A DNA stretch of 64,000 nt from Elusimicrobiota bacterium (GTDB lineage Bacteria; Elusimicrobiota; Elusimicrobia; UBA1565; UBA9628): the NCBI GenBank assembly GCA_016209035.1, contig JACQWX010000037.1:34593-98592 (forward strand), in the 5' to 3' direction. The notes below the pieces were generated by a model. That model was not told the origin of the DNA and ran no database searches. It saw only the letters and a list, made by a program, of their open reading frames with translations. Each line of letters starts with the position of its first letter. The stretch's first letter is position 1. Position numbers and translations under genes: made by a program. This document shows positions 59,030 through 64,000 of the stretch, one piece after another.

Positions 59030-60372
59030 CGGCCCTGCTCCAGCACGAACTCCGCGACGGAGTCGAAGACCTCCGTCATCAGGACCACCCCGACCGCCCG
59101 CTCCTTGTCCACCACCGGGACCAGGTCGATCTTGTACCGGATCATGTTCGACACCACGACGCTGACGCTGTCGTCGGGCCGGACCGCGCCGACGATGGGG
59201 GAGGCGATGGTCTTGACCGGCTCCTTGGAGTGAGCGACCGAGGACCGGCTGAAGAGGGACACCCAATTGAAGTCCAGGTGCGAGGCCAGGTTCTGGTACT
59301 GGTCCGCGACCCTCTCGGGCATGCTGAAATGGGGCAGGAGCCCCCGCAGCAGGTCCCTCCGGCCGATGATCCCGGCCAGCCGGCCATCCTCGTCCACCAC
59401 GAGGACGTACCTGGGAGTCATGAGATGCCCGTCCTTGAGCTTGACGGACGACGAGCTCAGGGCCCCGAAGGCCTCCCGGATGGTCGTGCCCTCGCGCACG
59501 CTGGGGTAGTTCCGCAGCGGCAGCATGATGTCCGAGGCCGTCTTCTCCGCCGGCGCGGCGGCCGAAGCCTTGCCGGCGTCCTTGACGCTCTCGCCAGCGA
59601 TCTCCTTGACGCCCGGAATGCTGCGGACGAACTCGACCACCGCGTGCCTGTTCTTCTCGAAGAACGGCCCCCCGGAGACGGCGATGACGCCGTCCTGCGC
59701 GACGATCTCGACCGCCCCGTCGGGGAAGCCCGACTGCAGGGCGAGCGCGGCCCGCACCCTGGTCCTAAGCGCGAAGTCCCTGATCGTCCGATCGCGCTCC
59801 GGAGTCCTGCGGTACTCTTCGCGCTTGCCCAGAGCGACGACCAGGTCGGCCGCCGCCTCGATGGCCATGTGCTCCAGGTTGATCACCATGTCGTAGAGCG
59901 CGGGGTCCGCCCATTCGACGCCGTAGAGCTGGCGGACCCATCTTTCCCTCTTGTAGTCCATCTGCTCGAGGTAGCTCAGGGCCTCCTCCCGCGTGTACCC
60001 GAATTCGACGACCGCGGACTTGACGCGGTATTCCAGGGGAGCGATCAGCCGCAGTTTGATGATGCAGGGCAGCTCCTTGAGGAGGAGCTGCCCCGCATGG
60101 CCGTGGTAGACGCAGTCGCCCTCCTCGATCATGCCGGCCAAAGCCGCCTGCACGGCCAGGAGATAGCGCTCCTTGTGCTTGGTGAAGCGGTCCCAGAGCC
60201 CGGGCGGGCTCTCCACCCCCTCGGCGAGCTCCGCCTCCGACACGCCGAACTTCTTCGCGGCGGCGACGATGACCTCCCGGCTGAAGACCTTGGCGCCGAG
60301 CTTCGCGCCCAGATGCTCCGCCAGGAGCTCCCCGCCGCTCAGGCATCCTCTGGAAATCGTGATGATGGGCAT
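59026..60372 (-). CDS. Cytidylate-kinase-like-family domain + BON-like domain + CBS pair (paralog 4 of 4)
   Basis: ATG 60372, MPIITISRGCLSGGELLAEHLGAKLGA, YHGHAGQLLLKELPCIIKLRLIAPLEYRV. BON-like VEIVAQDGVIAVSG...IPGVKEI. CBS repeats (ASDIMLPLRNYPSV...LAGIIGRRDLL; VKTIASPIVGAV...AVGVVLMTEVF). Confidence 0.75.
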   Translation of the reverse strand: MPIITISRGCLSGGELLAEHLGAKLGAKVFSREVIVAAAKKFGVSEAELAEGVESPPGLWDRFTKHKERYLLAVQAALAGMIEEGDCVYHGHAGQLLLKELPCIIKLRLIAPLEYRVKSAVVEFGYTREEALSYLEQMDYKRERWVRQLYGVEWADPALYDMVINLEHMAIEAAADLVVALGKREEYRRTPERDRTIRDFALRTRVRAALALQSGFPDGAVEIVAQDGVIAVSGGPFFEKNRHAVVEFVRSIPGVKEIAGESVKDAGKASAAAPAEKTASDIMLPLRNYPSVREGTTIREAFGALSSSSVKLKDGHLMTPRYVLVVDEDGRLAGIIGRRDLLRGLLPHFSMPERVADQYQNLASHLDFNWVSLFSRSSVAHSKEPVKTIASPIVGAVRPDDSVSVVVSNMIRYKIDLVPVVDKERAVGVVLMTEVFDSVAEFVLEQGR

Positions 60373-60465
60373 GATCCCTCCCTGGACCGATGGACTCCGC
60401 GGGGATATTGTAGCGCACTCCGGGCCGCCCAAGCACGCGCCGCCCGGCGGCCGGCGGCCGTCGGG

Positions 60466-60495
60466 TTGACTGAGGATATCCCTTCTTGTTAGACT
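60466..60495 (+). promoter_or_regulatory. Candidate sigma70-type promoter of prs
   Basis: TTGACT (60466-60471), 18-nt spacer, TAGACT (60490-60495). RBS GAAGGAG lies before the ATG at 60525. Confidence 0.4.
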
Positions 60496-60524
60496 GATTG
60501 GCGGCTTGGAAGAAGGAGTCCGAC

Positions 60525-61541
60525 ATGAATGCCGAGATCGTGTGGCCGGAATCGATGACCAGCGTGAAGGGCGGCGTCCAGCCCAGGGGGCCCGCGGTCA
60601 ACCAGATGTACGGCCGGCTCAAGCTCTTCTCCGGCAACGCCAACTTGTCCCTGGCCGAGGCCATCGCGCGCTACCTCGGGACCGGGCTCTCCCCCGCCCA
60701 CGTCGCGTCGTTCGCGGACGGCGAGATCAGCGTGCATATCGAGGAGAGCGTGCGCGGCTGCGACTGCTACGTGATCCAGCCGACCTGCCGGCCGGTCAAC
60801 GAGCACTTGGTGGAGCTCCTCCTCATGCTCGACGCCCTGCGCCGGGCCTCCGCGGGCCGCATCACCGCGGTCATCCCCTATTTCGGCTACGCCCGTGCGG
60901 ACCGGAAGACCGCCCCCCGCATGCCGATCTCGTCGAAGCTGATGGCCAACCTGATCACCACCGCGGGGGCCAACCGCGTCATCACCATGGACCTGCACGC
61001 CGCGCAGATCCAGGGGTTCTTCGACATCCCGGTGGACCATCTCTTCGCCGCTCCCGTCCTCCTGGAGTACGTCAGGCGCAAGAGGCTCGCCGCCCCGGTC
61101 ATCGTGTCGCCGGACGTGGGGGGCGTGGAGCGGGCCCGCGCCTTCGCCAAGAGGCCCTCGGCGGACCTGGCCATCCTCGACAAGCGCCGGCCCCGGCCCA
61201 ACGAGGCCTCGGTCTACCACCTCATCGGAGACGTGAAGAGCCGCGTCGCCGTGCTCCTCGACGACATGGTGGACACCGGCGGGACGCTGATGAAGGTGGC
61301 GACCAAGCTCCGGGAGTGCGGGGCGGTGAAGGTCTACGCCGCCTGCGTCCACGGGGTCCTCTCGGGCAGCGCCAGCGACCTGGTCAAGGAGTCGGACCTG
61401 GAGGAGCTGATCCTGACGGACTCCATCCCGGTCACCCGCCTGGAAGGGGGCAAGATCAAGGTCTTGTCCATCGCGCCGCTCATGGGAGAGGCGATCTCCC
61501 GCAACCATCAGGGCAAATCCATCTCCGCCCTTTTCGTTTGA
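60525..61541 (+). CDS. prs: Ribose-phosphate pyrophosphokinase (PRPP synthetase)
   Basis: LKLFSGNANLSLAEAIA..., YFGYARADRK, DLHAAQIQGFFDIPVDHL, VSPDVGGVERA, DDMVDTGGT. Confidence 0.92.
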   Translation: MNAEIVWPESMTSVKGGVQPRGPAVNQMYGRLKLFSGNANLSLAEAIARYLGTGLSPAHVASFADGEISVHIEESVRGCDCYVIQPTCRPVNEHLVELLLMLDALRRASAGRITAVIPYFGYARADRKTAPRMPISSKLMANLITTAGANRVITMDLHAAQIQGFFDIPVDHLFAAPVLLEYVRRKRLAAPVIVSPDVGGVERARAFAKRPSADLAILDKRRPRPNEASVYHLIGDVKSRVAVLLDDMVDTGGTLMKVATKLRECGAVKVYAACVHGVLSGSASDLVKESDLEELILTDSIPVTRLEGGKIKVLSIAPLMGEAISRNHQGKSISALFV

Positions 61542-61551
61542 GGAGGCAGAC

Positions 61552-61975
<424 letters not shown>

Positions 61976-61995
61976 TTATGGGTCCATAAGGCCCG

Positions 61996-62916
61996 CTAAT
62001 GAGCCTCACGGATGCGGTTCGAGGCGCGCGCGCCGCAGGCGCGGATGTGGTCGAGGAAGTCCTGCACGGTCCGGCCCGGCTTCTTCCCCCTGCGCGTCAC
62101 GATGCAAAGCTTGCGCTGGAGCCGCGGCCGGGAGAAGCGCAGGGCGCGCAGGAGCCCCTCCCGGACATCGGCGTGGACCGAGTTCTCGGGCACGATGGCG
62201 ACGCCGGTCCCCGCAGACACCGCGCTCTTGACCGTCTCGATGTTGTCGAGCTCCAGCTTGATGTTGACCCTCAAGCCCCGGGCGCGCAGGGCCTTGTCGA
62301 TGGCCCGGCGCGTGGGCGAACCCGGGTCCAGGGCGATGATGTCCATCCCTTGGAGTTCGGCCAGTTCGACCGCTTCCCGGGAGGCCAGGGCGTGGTCCGG
62401 CTTGCAGATGAGCACCAAGTCCTCGGTCAGGAGCGGCGAGATCGAGATGCCCTTGCGTTTCGGCGGGAACGCCATGATGCTGAAGTCCACCCGGTCGCGC
62501 AGGACATCCTCGCAGATGCGCGACGATTTCTGATAGTCCACATCGATGTGCACCCCGGGGTTCCGGCCGAGGAACTCGCGGACGAAGCGCTGCAGGAGGT
62601 GGGGCCCCACGCTGTAGATGGCGCTCACCCTCACATGGCGGGACTCCCCGGCCGAGGCGAGCTGGCGTATCTGCTGAAGGGCGTCCTCGTAGGCGAGGAC
62701 GATCCTTCGCGAGAGGCGGTAGAAGATGAGCCCGGCCGGGGTCAGGCGCAGGGGGGTGCGGTTGCCCCTTCCCACCAGGGGGCAGCCCAGCGAGCGCTCC
62801 AGGTTCTTGATCTGCTGGCTGACCGCGGACTGGGTGAGGTAGTTGAGCTCGGCGGACTTCGAGAAGCTGCCGGTCTCCGCGAGGTCCCTGAAGACCTTGC
62901 AGGTCTCGATCAGCAT
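61996..62916 (-). CDS. LysR-family transcriptional regulator
   Basis: 306 aa. N-terminal HTH FSKSAELNYLTQSAVSQQIKNLE and a periplasmic-binding-protein-like effector domain. Confidence 0.88.
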   Translation of the reverse strand: MLIETCKVFRDLAETGSFSKSAELNYLTQSAVSQQIKNLERSLGCPLVGRGNRTPLRLTPAGLIFYRLSRRIVLAYEDALQQIRQLASAGESRHVRVSAIYSVGPHLLQRFVREFLGRNPGVHIDVDYQKSSRICEDVLRDRVDFSIMAFPPKRKGISISPLLTEDLVLICKPDHALASREAVELAELQGMDIIALDPGSPTRRAIDKALRARGLRVNIKLELDNIETVKSAVSAGTGVAIVPENSVHADVREGLLRALRFSRPRLQRKLCIVTRRGKKPGRTVQDFLDHIRACGARASNRIREAH

Positions 62917-62949
62917 GGCGGTCGGGCTTTCCTCGGCACGGGGAAATTA

Positions 62950-62962
62950 TGGCATAATGCCA
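62950..62962. promoter_or_regulatory. Candidate LysR box, T-N11-A with perfect dyad TGGCAT-A-ATGCCA
   Basis: Lies in the AT-rich divergent intergenic region and overlaps a second dyad ATTATG-G-CATAAT (62946-62958). Confidence 0.5.
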
Positions 62963-63047
62963 TTAGAGTGGCTAATAGGTCCATGAGCATTATTCATTTG
63001 GCCGATGACCCGCCGCATGGTACGATGCTGCCAATGATCTGCAGGAT

Positions 63048-64000
63048 ATGAAGACAATAAGCGACCCCACCCTCCTGTCGGAGGTGCGCCGGTACGGACG
63101 ATTCGACGTGGACGCCTGCTACAACTGCGGCAGCTGCGCAGCCGTCTGCGATCTCGCCGAGGACTCGGCGCTCTTCCCGCGCAAGTGCATGCGCTATGTC
63201 CAGATGGGCCTGCGCGAGCCTCTCCTGCGCAGCCTCGACCCCTGGCTGTGCTATTACTGCGGCGACTGCGCCCAGACCTGCCCCAGGCAGACCGAGCCGG
63301 GCGAGTCCATGATGACCCTGCGGCGCTGGCTCACGGCGCAGTACGACTGGACCGGGATCTCCTCCAGGCTCTACACATCCGTCGCCTGGCAGCTCGGGGC
63401 GCTCGCGGCCGCCGCCGCCCTGGTGGCTGGGCTCCTGCAGGCCTTGGTGTTCCATTGGGACGCTCCCTTGACCCACGTCGCGCTCAACACCTTCGCCCCG
63501 GCGCGCGCGGTGCATACCTTCGACCTGACTGTGGCGACCCTCTTGACCGCGCTCTTGGGAACCTATGTCCTGCGCATGTTCTGGCTGACGGTCTACCGCG
63601 GGGGAACGGCCCAGGTCCCCTTGGCCTCGTTCATCGAGGAGGCGCAGATACTGGTCCTGCACGGCGCCACCCAGAAGCAGTTCCTCGAGTGCGCCGAACC
63701 AGGCAGGTGGTTCGAGAGCCGCTGGATCAAGCACTTCCTGCTGGTCAGCGGCTACGCCATCATGTTCGCCCTGGTGGTGGTGTTTCTGGAATGGTTCCAG
63801 ACCGACACGGTCCATCCCTTCTGGCATCCCCAGCGGCTGCTGGGCTACTACGCCGCGGCGGTCCTGGTAGTGTTCCTGAGCGAGGCGCTCTGGGGCCGGA
63901 TCATGAAGAAGGAACAGATGCACAAGTTCACGGACCTGAGCGACTGGGCCTTCCCGGTCCTGCTCTGGCTGACCGCGGTCACTGGCATCATCGTCCATGT
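63048..64000 (+). CDS. QmoC/HdrC-like 2x[4Fe-4S] domain fused to a membrane cytochrome-b-like domain (second paralog; 3' end beyond window)
   Basis: MKTISDPTLLSEVRRYGRFDVDACYNCGSCAAVCDL...CYYCGDCAQTCP, followed by hydrophobic helices. It is open to the window end and is missing from the track because it has no stop. The 334-aa minus-strand ORF over it is a shadow. Confidence 0.75.
   Translation, partial: MKTISDPTLLSEVRRYGRFDVDACYNCGSCAAVCDLAEDSALFPRKCMRYVQMGLREPLLRSLDPWLCYYCGDCAQTCPRQTEPGESMMTLRRWLTAQYDWTGISSRLYTSVAWQLGALAAAAALVAGLLQALVFHWDAPLTHVALNTFAPARAVHTFDLTVATLLTALLGTYVLRMFWLTVYRGGTAQVPLASFIEEAQILVLHGATQKQFLECAEPGRWFESRWIKHFLLVSGYAIMFALVVVFLEWFQTDTVHPFWHPQRLLGYYAAAVLVVFLSEALWGRIMKKEQMHKFTDLSDWAFPVLLWLTAVTGIIVH

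Overview
High-G+C bacterial chromosomal window carrying the core dissimilatory sulfate-reduction genes, dispersed rather than in one block. dsrA-dsrB-(dsrD) lie at 1-2530 (-), qmoC-qmoA-qmoB plus a beta-carbonic anhydrase at 18734-24129 (-), and sat-aprB-aprA at 30537-34167 (+). Between them are: (i) a visibly lower-G+C type I restriction-modification operon (hsdM, DUF1016 nuclease, hsdS, small TM ORF, hsdR; 5427-13198) inserted in-line into a signalling/transport gene string; (ii) a lower-G+C two-gene orphan cassette (24153-27112); (iii) a complete F1Fo ATP synthase operon (atpBEFHAGDC, 45431-51985) with hemA attached; (iv) prs, a LysR regulator and a second QmoC-like gene. The most unusual content is regulatory. 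Five putative anion (sulfate/sulfite) transporter genes from four families (SulP, two TauE/SafE-TSUP, DASS, YeiH-like) each sit next to a small sensory protein. Four paralogous cytidylate-kinase-like + BON proteins carry different C-terminal modules (TM anchor, none, receiver, CBS pair). Two paralogous PEP-synthase-like proteins (ATP-grasp + swivel-His domain, no PEP/pyruvate TIM barrel, shared uncharacterised ~300-aa C-terminal domain) are translationally coupled to histidine kinase/receiver genes. A ~65-bp promoter module (two TTGACC-N2-GGTCAA palindromes 9 nt apart, then 16 nt, then ATTAGGTTCAAT) occurs with identical geometry upstream of dsrAB and of sat. I recognised no rRNA, tRNA, CRISPR array, transposase or integrase. 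Many long ORFs in the track are antisense or alternate-frame shadows typical of high-G+C DNA and were not called. All family assignments come from motif recognition by eye, not database searches. Hand-derived coordinates may be off by 1 nt in places.
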